Source: Toensbergia leucococca
Taxonomy: Eukaryota
Reading direction: 5' to 3'
Assembly: GCA_022813965.1 (NCBI GenBank)
Contig: JALDZS010000138.1
Coordinates: 1-64,000 of the forward strand
Length of the DNA: 64,000 bases
The notes under the pieces are model-generated. The model saw only the letters and a list, made by a program, of their open reading frames with translations, ran no database searches and was not told where the DNA came from. Of this stretch, positions 35,127 through 48,209 are shown piece by piece; within the stretch, counting starts at the first letter, position 1, and each line of letters starts with the position of its first letter. The position numbers and the translations under genes are program-made.

Positions 35127-36374
35127 ATGGCAAATGAAGTCTCACCACAAAGCTGCTTCTGGGCTGTCGTCGCACTCGGCCTCAACAGCTTCGTTCAGCC
35201 CGCAGGAATCATATGCGGTCTCTCATCCAGTCCCATCTTTCGCACCTGTCCTCTACTCAGCCTTTTCAACGCCATTGCTATTCTAGTCGAGCTTGTCTCG
35301 CTATGCAGTCTGGGCTATGCGCCCCGCAAAGCCGCTCGCTTGGTCATGAGCAAGCGCTCTCACGCGTCGTCGTCGTCACCACTCGTTACGAATGCTGTCA
35401 TTGGCGACAAAGCGCCGAGTCGAACGTGGTGGTTGCGACTCGCTGTCTTTGTGTTCGGAGCCTTGCCGCAGATGGTCAAGGTCATTGGCTTCGAAGGTGT
35501 GCCTCTGACCCAGACCATCTGCGCTGCCTTTTTCGTTTCGTTCTTGGTTGTTGAGGTCGTTGCCTTGGCAGCTGAACACCCCATTCAATCCAACGAGACT
35601 GAGTGGACCAGCGTTGCACGGCAGACTGACTCCATGGTTCAGCGGATCAGTGCATACTTTGGCCTACTTGCCATAATCATACAATTACTCACATACGGCT
35701 GGATAGGAACTTATATTTGGGACTGCAAGTTTTCCGAACGCGATCCCACAAGCAAGCAAGACCTTTACGCTTGGGACCCTCCATTCATTACGCCAAACAA
35801 TTGTGCCTGGACGCGGTTGTCACTAAATTGGCTTCGCCAAGGTGCAGTCATGATATGTCTAATCGGAGTCACTATACTCGGGATCACGCTTCTCATACTT
35901 TTGATATCTAGATGTTATCCAGGAGTCCTCAGGTTCACAGGTCCTGTTGGATTTCTCATCTGGGGCGGATCAGACAAGGACGCAGAGTACTGGGCACGCG
36001 AAAGTGACATGTCTTCAGCCCTCAGGTACTTGTTCATGATGGTTTACGCCCAGTTTCTGATGTGGCAGTTCCCGTCCTTGCAGCCTAGTGCTATTGGGGA
36101 TCAATTGGTGGGCTTTCCGAGTCTGATACGAGCCTACTCGTCGATGTTGATAATGTCATTCATGGCCATTGCGCATTCCATCATCTATCATGTTCTTTTC
36201 AAGAGCAGATTAACAGAGCTCTTACCACACTTGCTTAGGGGCTCTGTTGGTGACGTGGGCTTCATGCCGCAACATCTGGCGTTGCTGAATATCCTCTACA
36301 CTGTTCTGTACTACCAGCTAGTCCACAATCCGAGTGGTACGGTTCAGCCATTGTGGACACAGATCCTTGGATAA
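35127..36374 (+). CDS. Intronless multi-pass membrane protein of unknown function
   Basis: ~415-aa ORF with many hydrophobic segments; FWAVVALGLNSFVQPAG, GALPQMVK and the terminal YYQLVHNPSGTVQP.W...LG resemble a fungal hypothetical family. Confidence 0.75.
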   Translation: MANEVSPQSCFWAVVALGLNSFVQPAGIICGLSSSPIFRTCPLLSLFNAIAILVELVSLCSLGYAPRKAARLVMSKRSHASSSSPLVTNAVIGDKAPSRTWWLRLAVFVFGALPQMVKVIGFEGVPLTQTICAAFFVSFLVVEVVALAAEHPIQSNETEWTSVARQTDSMVQRISAYFGLLAIIIQLLTYGWIGTYIWDCKFSERDPTSKQDLYAWDPPFITPNNCAWTRLSLNWLRQGAVMICLIGVTILGITLLILLISRCYPGVLRFTGPVGFLIWGGSDKDAEYWARESDMSSALRYLFMMVYAQFLMWQFPSLQPSAIGDQLVGFPSLIRAYSSMLIMSFMAIAHSIIYHVLFKSRLTELLPHLLRGSVGDVGFMPQHLALLNILYTVLYYQLVHNPSGTVQPLWTQILG

Positions 36375-36625
36375 ACCTTAGGTACTCGACTTAATTGATC
36401 TCATGTCTACCTTATCCGGGCGTCGGGCGTCCATTCAAAGACTTGCTGCTGAGTAACATAACCTTTCTTTGAGTCTCGGGACAGCGTTTGTCTAAATCGC
36501 TTCATAGCTTGTCTGAAATCATGCTGTGATTGTATCATCTTTTTATACAGGTCATATTTTGCTACTATGTACATTCAGATGGGCTCAAATGACCCCCTGA
36601 GGGCTGGAACAAGCCTCATCCTGTG

Positions 36626-39600
36626 TCAAACCCTTTGGCGTTTCGCTCCTTTCGGAACCCGAGCTATCCAGTAAAGTACAAGAGCGCCTATCACATTGAC
36701 AACACTATACACCAAGGAAATACCAAAATCCCGCCAGCGGTCCGCGAACTGGATTCCCAGCACCCCTAGCACGTCGTCGGTGCTAGTAACCGGGCAGAAT
36801 TGACACTGGTTCAAAGCAGGAGGGTTGAGAAGGGTTCCCCCAGAACGCTGAATGTATTCCATGAGGTACGATGCACAAGTCTGGCCGGCAGGAGGGTCAA
36901 AGATACTGAGCTCGCTGGCGGCGCAGATGACAGGGACTCCGGCAATGCCAGTCGACATTAGGGCGCTGACAAAGTACGATATGGGTGATACTCGGTACAT
37001 GAAGATCCAGAAACGGGGGAGGGCATCGGGACTGACGAGCACGCTATGAGGGAGATTAGGTTTTGGGCGACTAGGATTGAGGAGATTGCCGCTTACCCAG
37101 AGAATAACAAAGAGAGCATGAATAGCAAAGAGGCAACATTGATGCCAGTGGCAGCGTCCGGCATTGTAGTAGCCACCATTTGAGAGAATGTCGAGGTGAA
37201 CATCATGTACGACCAAAGAATAAGAAAGGTTAATATCCCACGGGAACTCAGCTCATGAACTGCCATTGCGTTGCGGTACATGCCGAGAGGAAAATACCAA
37301 CTAGCAAGGACAAGTACGGCCATAAGACTCTGTGAAGGAATCTCGACAATAATGTTCGAGAGAACAAATACATACCAAGAGTATGTGCGAGACGGGCGTT
37401 CACGGATCTCGTACAAAGCGCGGTTCTCGAGGAATTGAGGCATGATGAGTTGGACGATATTCTGAAACATGGTCATGAGTATGAAGACCGAAAAGAGCTG
37501 ATTTTGAATCCCTTGAATGGAGGGTTTGGACTGCCAGAAAGAGAAACCGTTGAAAAGGGCCTGTTCAAAGAATTAGTTTCATAATCAGAGAACGAAGGGC
37601 CTCAAAAGCTTACCAAGCCGAGGGTTGTGAAGACCTTGGACCATAAGTAGGAAGGGGTTCGCCATTGATGTGCGAAACTTCTTTGGGTGACAATGTACAA
37701 TTGTCTCCAAAACGGCTCGGCGAACTCCTTTGAAATGCCCGATGAGCCGGCCGAACCTGCGGGTCGAAAGAGCACGCTTTTCATCTCTCCAATGTGGTCT
37801 TTGATATCTCGCCTTTGTTGAGATCTCTCCCATTCACCGGCCCAGTCAATCATATCTGTAGAATCAGCAACGTCGCTAGTAATGCTGAAAAGCCATTCTG
37901 CTGGGTTGTCGTTCACTTCACATCGTCTTGCTCCACGTTGCTCAAAGTATCCTGTCAGAGTTCTGGACTCGTAGCCGATGTCGCCAAAGTACAATGACTT
38001 GCCATCTGAAAGAAAAAGCAGCTTGTCAAACATTTGAAACAGCGTTCCGGAAGGCTGGTGGATGGTGCACAGGATTGCTTGACCCTTATCAGCTAATCTT
38101 CTCAGCAAGGTACACACAGACCATGCAGTATCACTATCGAGCCCAGACGTTGGTTCATCGAGGAAAAGAAGTAATTCAGGTCTGGCGGCCAGTTCAACCC
38201 CAATAGTCACACATTTACGTTGCTCGATATTTAGTCCTATCATTTGACAACAATCAGTGTTGCCTTTACATCTCGAGCCATGATGTACCAACCTTCGCCA
38301 GGGACTCCGATGATAGCATCAGCATAGTGTTCCATGTCTAGGGTTTCTATGACTTCTTCTACGTATGCCAGCTTTTCCGCTTGTGAATAATCTTGCGATT
38401 GTCGCAGCAAAGCGCTGAACTGAAGAGCTTTTCGGACAGTTGTGCTTGGGAGATGAAGATCATGTTGCTGCGCATATCCGATCTTACGAGCGAATCCATC
38501 GTTTTGATACCTGCGATCAACTAATTTTTCTCCGTATATAACGCCAGTACCTACCCGATTCGCCAGAACGTTCAAAAGCGTTGTTTTGCCTGCTCCTGAT
38601 GCCCCCTAGACGGTCTTAGCACTCATCGCAACAACAATTGAATCACTGGGCCTGCGAACCATGAGTGCGGTCAGTGTCCCTGGTTTAATCCAGCCCTCAA
38701 TATGATCTAATATTCTTCGAGATCCATTCTTGAGCTTCAGATCGTAGCTGAGGTCATCCCAGAGGAAGTTGGCTGCGCAAGTGTTGACATGAAGGGGTGT
38801 AGTATCCTCTTTTCCGACCTCTGTTTGAGACATGACACCCTCAAGAGAACACTGTCCTTCCTCATCCATAGCTCTACGAGAGTGAGAGATCTGACCGCGG
38901 CGGAAAATCAGAACATCGCCCTTCGATTTTCTTAGGGAAACAAATTCAGTGGCAATGAGATACAATCCGCACACGGAGATCATCATGGCAAGAATGATAA
39001 CCAAGTTCCTGGTTGCGATCAGTATGTTTAGTACTTCGGATAGAGAGTCTTACCTCCAAAGATGGTCGGGTTCGAATTGGAATTCTGCGGCAATGTATGC
39101 ATTGCCATCGACGAATTTGACACCCTCTTGAGCTCCAGCTATCGCACAGATCCTCTCTGTCGGAGAATTGCTCGAGTATCCAGGTCCACTAGGGATGAGG
39201 TTCACGCAAGGAAAGGTTCGGTTGGAGAACTAGGTATTGTCAATCGATGTGCGCGCTACACCATTGGTTGCTACTTACTTCATTAATCATCAGGCTTTCG
39301 TAAGCGTAAGCAGTTGGGTCTACATATGCAAACCATCGAAGCCAAGGATGCATGTCACGCGCGGGGATCACAAACCCCGAATAGATCGTTAATAGCATGA
39401 TGAAGATTGCTCCGGGGGCTAGCGATTCCGACAGCGTACGAGATAAAGCTCCAATCGCTCGGAAGATCATAGACCCCGTCAGAAGACTGGCGAAAGCAAA
39501 TAGATAGAAGATGAAGAAAGCCTCGGTCGTTCGCCGTAGATTGGCTAAGAAATAGAAGGGAATGTTAAAAAAGAAAGTCAGTAAGACCTTGTTTGGCAGA

Positions 39601-41536
39601 TCACAGATCATTGAAGACATGGCCTCGGCGAACGGGTGGTAAAATGCGTAGTGGTAATGCTTTTCGACAATGGGTCTCTGGTCCCACAAAACGACGCCCT
39701 GGTAATTATGCGTTAAAATCAAGATGAGAAGGGAGTGATCATGTGCCAATGGCAACGAACCTCGAATGCACCCAAGACTGTATTCAACAGGATGGTGAAG
39801 AAGAGCAAAACTTCACGACCAAAGAAGCTGCTGGTATCTTCAGGCATGTTGTAAAACATACTTCCAACTATGATAGACATGATGCAGTTGCCCACAATCC
39901 CAGAAACAGGTGGAAGTAAATCTCCTCGTAGCCGCTGGAAGCCGCGGCGAATGCATAGTCTAATTTGCTCCGGTACTGAAATTCTGTAAGGAGACTGAGG
40001 GTGTCTTGCATGAATTAGCAAACTGAGCAGTCATCAAGGGTGGCAAGCATACTGTCTGATCGGCTTCTCTTGCTTTACTGACGAACGTAGCTCTTCTATC
40101 GCCTTCTGCCATGGAGGCATTTTGTTCTCATAATCTATTATTTCACGTTGCAAATTTGCTCGCTCTGTACTTGATTTCCAGATGCGAGCAAAATCCTCCG
40201 GGCTGCGAGGGACTCGGTCTTCATATCCTTCTCGCACAACACGTTCAGCGGGTTTAGTCAAAGAGGTCAGAAAATCAGCAGTGTTTGCTCGGTCAGGGCA
40301 GATGAACCCGAGGTCAGTAAAGTATTTCTTGGCTGTATGAACACTACCGAAGAATATCTGACGACCTTGATACAGCAATGACACCTTGTCAAAGAGCTAA
40401 ATGGTTGGGATCATTAGCCCTCGTCACCTATCTATCTTATGCCAGAGGGGCAGATGGAATGCAGGCTTACATCGTATATGCTTTGAGATGCTTGGTATAG
40501 TGAGAGAATATTCACAGAGCCAGTAGTACTGGCAATTGATCTCAGAGCTCTAACAAAACCTAGTGCGTTTGCACTATCAAGACCTCTTGTACTATTATCC
40601 CAGCATTGAACTCGGCCACCACTCACCATAACCTCGGCGAGACTTGCTCTTTTCCGTTCTCCTCCGCTCACACCGGGGACGAAATCGTTACCAATTTTTG
40701 TATCAAGGGTATGAGAAAGATTGAGAGCGTCAACGACGGCATCTCGTACGTGCGCCGCGTACACCCGCCGACTGACTTTGGCCTGAGATATCCATGGAGC
40801 TCTCGCTTCTGCTGCAAAATTCAATGTCTGGCCAACGCTTAAGTGTGGAAAATGCACGTCTGATTCCGATTGATAGATGCATTCTCCACGAAAGTCAGAT
40901 TGCATAATGTTTAGAGGCACTCCTATTACACTCAGCCTTGGGGTATGGATATTACATCTGCGCCTTACCTTGGTAATTGACGGTGGATTTGTCATCGACA
41001 TGGAAGCCGTGTGTCTGGCCTGACAAGGTCTTTAGTAGAGTACTACATCCACTCCCTGGACGACCAAGTACGACGAGCATTTCTCCGCCTTTAATAAGGC
41101 CTTCAAATTCTTCGAGTATCTGGACCCCCGTTTTTGGCTTTTTGCTCAGAAGATCGCGGAAGGCACTGAAATACGCTAGAGGATAGTTGGAGAAGGTTTT
41201 CTGATAAACTGACTCGACGCCAAAGCCATACACGTTGAGATTCCGAAAGCTAATGCCAACATCGCTTTTCCAACCTTTTTCAGGACCTTGAAACCTACGT
41301 TGAAGCCGCTTCAGAGAACAGGCACAAGAGTCGAGTTGAGATCTGGGCGAATCGAGGTTCGACTCCGCTGAATCCGCTGCTTCACTGTACATCTTCATGA
41401 GTGCTGCTGCTTTTCCAGAATCTAGACTAGTATGAGTGTCTATCACATAAATGAGCTCGCAAGGATGGTCCATTGTCTTTGAATCCGTAGACTCTTGGTT
41501 ACTATTGGCGCTGCTATTGAGCGTAGTCCTCTCCAT
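36626..41536 (-). CDS. Full-size PDR-type ABCG transporter
   Basis: NBD1 GRPGSGCST, VSGGERKR, CWDNSTRGLD; NBD2 GASGAGKTT, LNIEQRK, LLFLDEPTSGLDS; C-terminal CQFCP..WRDFGI. Confidence 0.93.
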
Positions 41537-42557
41537 GGCTGTTGCCTAGTGTGTCGCGCGACGGCTCGACATTGACCAGACTGGTACTCTATCACGATAA
41601 CCTTTACCGTTGCATAGAAGCCCCGTCGCGGAGTCATCTATGAGGAAAGTACGAATGGCGAATAGACCCGACACATGGATAGCCAGGGATGCACAAGTCC
41701 GGTGGGTTGCATGCTCTGGCCAAGGACAAGCCATTGTCGTAACCTCGGATGGAAATAAATCAAGCTTTGCAGAAACTCCGGAGGAATATGCAGAGCATCA
41801 GCCGCACGACTCAAGTTCATGACTGGCTGGTTTGAAATTCTCGATGGGAGAAATGGGTGTGTGTCGGACGACATTGCCATTCGTCGATGACTTGCAGATG
41901 ACTTAAAGTCGGCGCTAAGTGTGTTTGGGGCTGGAGTGGCACAATTAGTTGGAGGTCGGCCTAATACATTACCACCGACTTGTTTGGAACCGTATTATTG
42001 ATGCTGGTAATTCGGCCATACACTAGCGATACGAACGGTCATGGCATGTTGCGCAGCAGTGGCCCGTCCTTTTGACCGTATCTTGTTAGGGCTCCCGTTA
42101 GGGCTTACAGACTGTGCCCCTACCTACTCCGTAATAAGCCTTGAACTAAGCGAATATCAGATCCTTCGCCATCGAGACTTTCTCGACATGCCATGCATGC
42201 CCTGCTTTTTCATTCCAATGATTCATCATGCTGTGTTACGCCGCCTGCTCCACCGCCATTGAACAGTTTTGACTTTTGATCTCTAAATGGGGTTATCTCC
42301 GTTTCTAGCAATGACTGATGAGCTGATGATGAGCTATGTTTTCTTTCTCTCCTACCCTTAGGCCAGAGCTAGCAATGCTCTTATCGTGCCGAGGGTCTGT
42401 TTTCTAGATGCTGAATATGTTATATTAGAAAAATGGACGGTCGTCCTTGTCAATCAATTTCCTTTTCTCGTTCTGGCGGCCAACTCAATCCTCCATCTCA
42501 ATTCAGCTGAGATACTTCGATTCGTTGATTGTATTCCGTTGGTTGTATTCATTTCGT

Positions 42558-44508
42558 ATGGCTACCTTGAATGTCACCAGCCAGTCTGGACAAATTATAC
42601 CTCACCTGCTTGATGCCATCTCTTGCGAACCAAATCCATGGCCGCTATCAACAATCCCACTACCTTACGCAGTAGACCCTGATACCCTCACGCAATTTCT
42701 TCGTCCAGCATCCGTGTCGCTCCTATTCCTTGGCTTTCCCTTTTTGCTCAATTATATGGTCTTCTCAATCTACTTTCAAGTTAGTCATTATTCAGCCAAG
42801 ACACGCGTCAAGGTACCATCCACGATTCCTTATTGGATTCCGTTTCTCGGAAGCAGTCTCCAGCTCGGATTCAATGCACTGAAGTTCATCGATCAATGCA
42901 CGTAAGTAGTAATGTTGCCCAGTTCTTGGCATGTGTCGAGTCCATCGGCTGATAACGTACGTTTGAAGGCAGACAGCGAGGAAGACGCCGTTTGGCGTTG
43001 CAATACCAAGAACAAAATTCTATTTCGTTCAAGGAGCCGAGAATATCGTTTCTCTGTGGAAACAATCGGCAACCATGACTGGGACTCCTTTGCATCTGTT
43101 CTGCCAGAAAAATCTCTTTGGTATGCCTCCGAAGGCCCTCGAAATGTACGCACAAGATAATTCTGGTCCCAATGCTCTGCCTTTTCCAGATAGCCACGTT
43201 TCACCTCACAACAGAGTAGATCATCATACCCATGTTGGGCTGCTCAAACTTACCAACGGAACGGGTCTGACAGGCTTCTACGAGCGGTGGGCTACCGGCT
43301 TCCTGAAGCGCATCCAGAGTCTTGAAATTGGGGATGACTGGATCGAGATGCCAGATTTCATGATGTTTTTTGATGAGAACTTTGGATCTGCTCTGGTCGA
43401 GTCAGTTTGTGGTCCAGCTCTCACGAGACTAAACCCTGAATTCAATTCCGATTTTGCGGAGTATGATCGCGCAATGCCGGGTCTTCTGAAAGGCCTTCCG
43501 CGATGGATGATTCCCCAAGCATACCGAGTTAGGGATAAACTTATCTTCTCTATTCGCAGATGGCACGCTTTTGCGAGAGAGCAGTCCTTGAATTCTTCAG
43601 TCGACCGAGATTCTGACCCAGACCCTCACTGGGGCAGTACTTTTATCCGAGAAAGGCAGGGACCAAAAGGAATCTTTGAAGGTATTGATAACTTTGATGA
43701 AGATGCACGTGCAGCTTCGGACCTTGGTTTTCTATGGGCGTGAGTAAATTCCCATCCAAGCAACAAATGAGAAATGTACTGAGTCTTTGTGCACAACAGA
43801 TCAAATACCAATCTTGTACCATCGGCCATGTGGGCAACACTTGAGACCTTTAAAGACACAGCTCTTCTCACTCGTGTCCGAGCTGAGCTTGATGCAGTCT
43901 TCGACTCTACATCTATCCTCACAGCTAGCTTCTCAGTCCAGTTCCTTCAGACGCTCCCCCTTCTCCAGTCCATCTACGCTGAGACACTCCGGTTGTATGT
44001 TCGTGCCTACATTGCCCGCTATACCGATCGAGCCTCGCTTCTCCTGCAGAAATGGCTCTTTCCCAAGAAAAGTATTATCATGGTCTCGACGTACCCCGCG
44101 CATATGGACAACGACTTTTGGAACACTCAAGATGGTGTTCACCCCGTTGACGAATTCTGGGCTGATCGTTTTCTGATTCACCCCGGAGACCCTCGCTCCG
44201 GACCTCAGAAAATGACAGCGCATGAGCCCACAGAGTGTGTGACACCCGACGCTTCAGCCAGCCCCAAGTTTTCCCTTGCGGTCACAAATGGCTCATGGTT
44301 CCCGTATGGCGGCGGGCCACGTGTCTGTGTCGGGCGAGCAATTTCCAAGCGTTGCATGATGGCTGCATGTGCTATAATGGCGTCGATGTTCGACGTGGAG
44401 ATCTTGGCTGAGAAAACGGCGCTGGAAATGGATCCGAAGTTTTACGGGCTCGGAGGCCAAAGACCTATAGGGGATGTACGATTTCGGATTCGAAAGAGAA
44501 AGATGTAA
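42558..44508 (+). CDS. Cytochrome P450, atypical I-helix (CYP7/CYP8-like type)
   Basis: IPYWIPFLGS, LLQSIYAETLR, FWADRF and heme motif FPYGGGPRVCVG; introns ~42902-42974 and 43740-43799. Confidence 0.9.
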
Positions 44509-44766
44509 ATAAAGACTTGTACTTTGTAGTTTCGGGTGTAGCTAGAATTTCTACCATATTCTTCAAAGACTATGTTTTTTTTCATGGCACACGCCCAAAA
44601 AGAAAAATAAGAGGTTCACGTTGATTGGCAATTCTGGCGTTGGAGGTAGTTTCAAAGCTTATAATGTTGAGCAATCGTTCTGTCGCCGTCTAGATGGCAT
44701 TGGATCAGTCTCAAGTAGCTTCCTCTACTGATGTAGTAAACTCCTACAGCAAGTATCATGAATAAC

Positions 44767-44810
44767 GGCAAAAGGCAAACGGCAAAAGGCAAAAAGCAAA
44801 ATGCAAAAGG
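44767..44810. repeat. 7-bp (GGCAAAA)n imperfect tandem repeat
   Basis: ggcaaaaggcaaacggcaaaaggcaaaaagcaaaatgcaaaagg. Confidence 0.6.
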
Positions 44811-45117
44811 TTGCGTAGCAAGAGTACAAGAGTGGTCAAAGTACTCCGCCGACATTTAAGCAGGCGAGGCGGGCAAGGTCGTCATCAGTCACTCTGTTAC
44901 AAGGACGTCACAAGTAAATCATCCTATCTGACCATCGGACGTGTTACTATGTAAGATTTCTTTTTTTTAATATATGATGATGAGAAATAAGGTCAAGATG
45001 TGAACAGAAATATATACCTATGTATACCTTATGATGAAAAAATTCTAGTGACATTATCACATACGTGTCTGCAGGTGACAATCTGCTTGCATCGTTTCTT
45101 CATCCAAAATTATAGTA

Positions 45118-45967
45118 CCGTATAATCTGTCATATAAGATACTACTGGTATATAAGATACTACTGGTATATAAGATACTACTGGCTTATAAGATATGGTT
45201 CCAATTCGACTTTTTGAGACGATAGGCCTTTTGGTCTATAAGATATTATCTACCTACACGTGGGGGGGGGGTCTCAGGTACGTATTCCACCTCATCATTA
45301 TCCTCCTCCTCCTCCTCCTCCTCATCCTCATCATCGCTGTCAAACACCTGAACGTTGTCATCATCGTCATCGTCATCGTCATCGTCATCCTCAGTCTCCT
45401 TCTCCTCCTCCTCCTCCTCATCCTCACCAATTGCTGCAAGATTGCTAATCTCCTCCGGCCTTCTAGTCCAGTCACCAACCTGTACATCGGGTATATACTT
45501 TATCCACAGCTCATGATCCTCGCTCCCATCTACAGCTAAGGAAAGTCCTACTTGACGGAACGTTTTGCGAATCAATTCCGACTTAATTGAATTCTTATAA
45601 AACTCCCTTCATGCCTGACTCACTCACTCCGTCAACATCACACATCTTTCACCTACAGTATACTTTCCGAAAGCATACTTCTTATGATGTTTATCATAAT
45701 GCTCAGAGATTAGTAGTGAATTTGGTGATTTTCTCAAGTGAATGTACCGATCTCACTCAAAGACCTTGCTTGAAGAACTGTATATAAGATACTACTGGTA
45801 TATAAGATACTACTGGTATATAAGATACTACTGGTATATAAGATACTACTGGTATATAAGATACTACTGGCCTATAAGATACTACTGGCCTATAAGATAT
45901 GGTTCCAAATGGCCTGTAGGCGATGAACTACTTATAAGATTCAAATCTTATATGACAGATTATACGG
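45118..45967 (-). mobile_element. Non-autonomous pogo-like (Tc1/mariner) DNA transposon, internally deleted
   Basis: Perfect 23-bp TIR ccgtataatctgtcatataagat; TA on both sides; remnant IRKTFRQVGLSLAVDGSED + acidic tail resembles the pogo DDE transposase C-terminus; 18-bp subterminal tandem arrays. Confidence 0.85.
45781..45905. repeat. 18-bp tandem array (tatataagatactactgg)n inside the transposon; 3 more copies at ~45137-45200
   Basis: About six consecutive copies are directly visible. Confidence 0.9.
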
Positions 45968-46111
45968 TATAATGCATGCCCTGATGAAAATTCCCACCTA
46001 CCTTACTCCACACCCCGGATTGAGTGTTTGCTATGAGAGACCTCACGCGTCTGTACCCTCGGCCTCGTAACCCGAAATGACATCGTTTCTCAAACAAAAG
46101 CTAGCACAAAC

Positions 46112-47591
46112 CTACGGGCCTAGAAATGAATCACATCGGGTATTATGTACTGGGCTGTGATGCGCCGAGGCCTTTTTACAAATCATATCAAGTGTCAGAA
46201 AATGTACGACCACTCAACTGATCAATTCGAGACTCACCCTGCTACTATGAAGCTCCACGCGATCAGTCACATAGATGTGGTCCTTTTTGGTGGAGACAAC
46301 CAACGAATGTAGCTCGTCCTTGCCGAAAGAATCAGAATCCGACTGCATAGATGCCGCCGATACTGCCGACGGGTTGTGTTTGCGAATAAAGCTCCTAATC
46401 CCGTTGAAAGTCGCCAGGGGAACCTCCGGTAGAAAGCCCCGATCTACCTCACCTTGCTCAGGCTCACTGGATCTGGACGACTTTGTCTTTCGTAAAAGCC
46501 ATTTGCGCATCTTGGACGAAACATCATGCTTTTCTTCATCCGAGACCCGTGAATTGCTGTGGGTGAAGAGGGTTCGAAACGCCGTCGAGGACCCCATGAT
46601 GACAGCAACGCAGGCTTCCATGTACTGCCAAAAAATCTGCCACGTGAGGTCAAGAATTCCGTGAAGACGATAGCCAGCTACCCGAGTAATAGCTGCGATT
46701 GCCATAAAAATGGAAAGACAGAGGAAGACACCCAGGCTGACCTTTTGGGCGCCTCGGATTTGTGAGCTTTGGAGTAAGATGACGGGAATACTGATGACTA
46801 GAGAGATGTTAGATGCTGCGTGATAGACAATAATGTAGATTCCCCTACTCATGATGTCGGTGCAAATATCTAGGATGGTAATGCTAATCGTCAAAGATAA
46901 GGTCAGGATTCGTGGTGGTTCTGGTAAGCATTTTGCTGAATTCATTTTAGTATGCAATGCGATAGTGGGGAAGGATAACCTTACTTGTTTCCATTCCAAA
47001 GTACGGACATAGGATGAACGGCTCGCTCACGAGAAAGGCCCAGGTGATGCCCGTAAATACTACCACGAACCAGAAGTAGGTGGTGAGACGTTTAGAGACT
47101 CGCCTGATAAGAAGCCTAAACAGAGCCAAGAAGGAAAACTTGACGGTGAATGTGGCAGTCCAAGCCAGTACCAGGAAGGAGTCGATCAAGGCCATGCTGT
47201 CAATGAGTCCCATGAGATCATCGATGGAAACGACAACAGATGGGTCAAAATTCAGAGCTTCACTGATGTAAATGCTCTTTGAACCAACAAAGACCAAGCC
47301 AGTAGCAGCGGAAAGACAAATCAAGCTTAGCAAAAGAAAGGCATCATCTAGAAAAAGTCGGCGACGGGAGCAAAGACGGATAATAATACGTGTAACGAAA
47401 GTGAGGACAGCGGTTGCATAAAGAAATCCAGCAGCTATCTAATCCACTCACATTAGTACGAGTAGTCATGTATAAGCTGTGATGTCGCTGACCTTGAAGG
47501 AAGGGTAAGAGATTCGGCCTGCATGATATATTTTCCATTGATTAGCTATTGGATCGGCTGGGACGCCAATTCGACCGACGTAGAGATCCAT
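46112..47591 (-). CDS. Fungal rhodopsin-domain (PTH11-like, no CFEM) integral membrane protein
   Basis: RRLFLDDAFL, KFSFLALFRLL, LDICTDIM|IISIP, QK..LGVFLCLS and WQYMEACVAVIMGS motifs; last exon tentative. Confidence 0.8.
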
Positions 47592-48209
47592 CTTGTATTT
47601 GGAGAGGTGTGTATAATATGAACGGGGTATGAGGCAGTAGAATAGGAAGCGTTGGACTGAGACCCGGAAGAAAAGGGAGAAGGGAGAAATTCTGGAAAGA
47701 GATGGAAAAAGGCCTACACTATTCTGTTCTATAGAAATAGTCGGAAGTGACACTTATTCGCTCTTAGAGTTCCTCATGCCTCACAGCTAGAATACCCACC
47801 TCATCATCTTGGATTCCCGGCAGCTTGTTGAGCCAAGTACCTATGCACGCCTCTTGATGTTTCATGTTGTACAGAGCTGAAATCCTTCGACTGCGGTCGC
47901 TTCGGTTCCGTCTTACGTGCAGTAAGTAGAATACCGAGTACCGATAGTGTGATACGGTATGGTAAGAAAAGCCAAGGTAATGAGCTAGCGCGCTCATAGA
48001 ATACCTGACGCGCCTCATCCGTCGGCACATCTTCCCTCTTCGTTCCTCAGCCTGAAACATCTCTCGGTCCAACCTTCTCAATCTTTATTCTCACAGCCTC
48101 CTTTCTCGTTTGACAGGCTTTCGCCGGCATCAGCCCAGCTCCCGAGTGCTAGAATATCAATTGAGCGTGTTTGGATATCCTTGCTCTTGTATGGGTCAAC
48201 ACTAGACCA

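Noticed and set aside
45195..45575. Poly-Leu/Ile, poly-Pro/His and poly-Arg ORFs
   Set aside because: Alternative frames of the acidic tail of the transposase remnant.
45742..45972. ORF with (YIRYYW)n repeats resembling a RiPP precursor or CRISPR-like array
   Set aside because: It is the translation of the 18-bp tandem array inside a transposon end; there is no signal peptide, no cleavage sites and no unique spacers.
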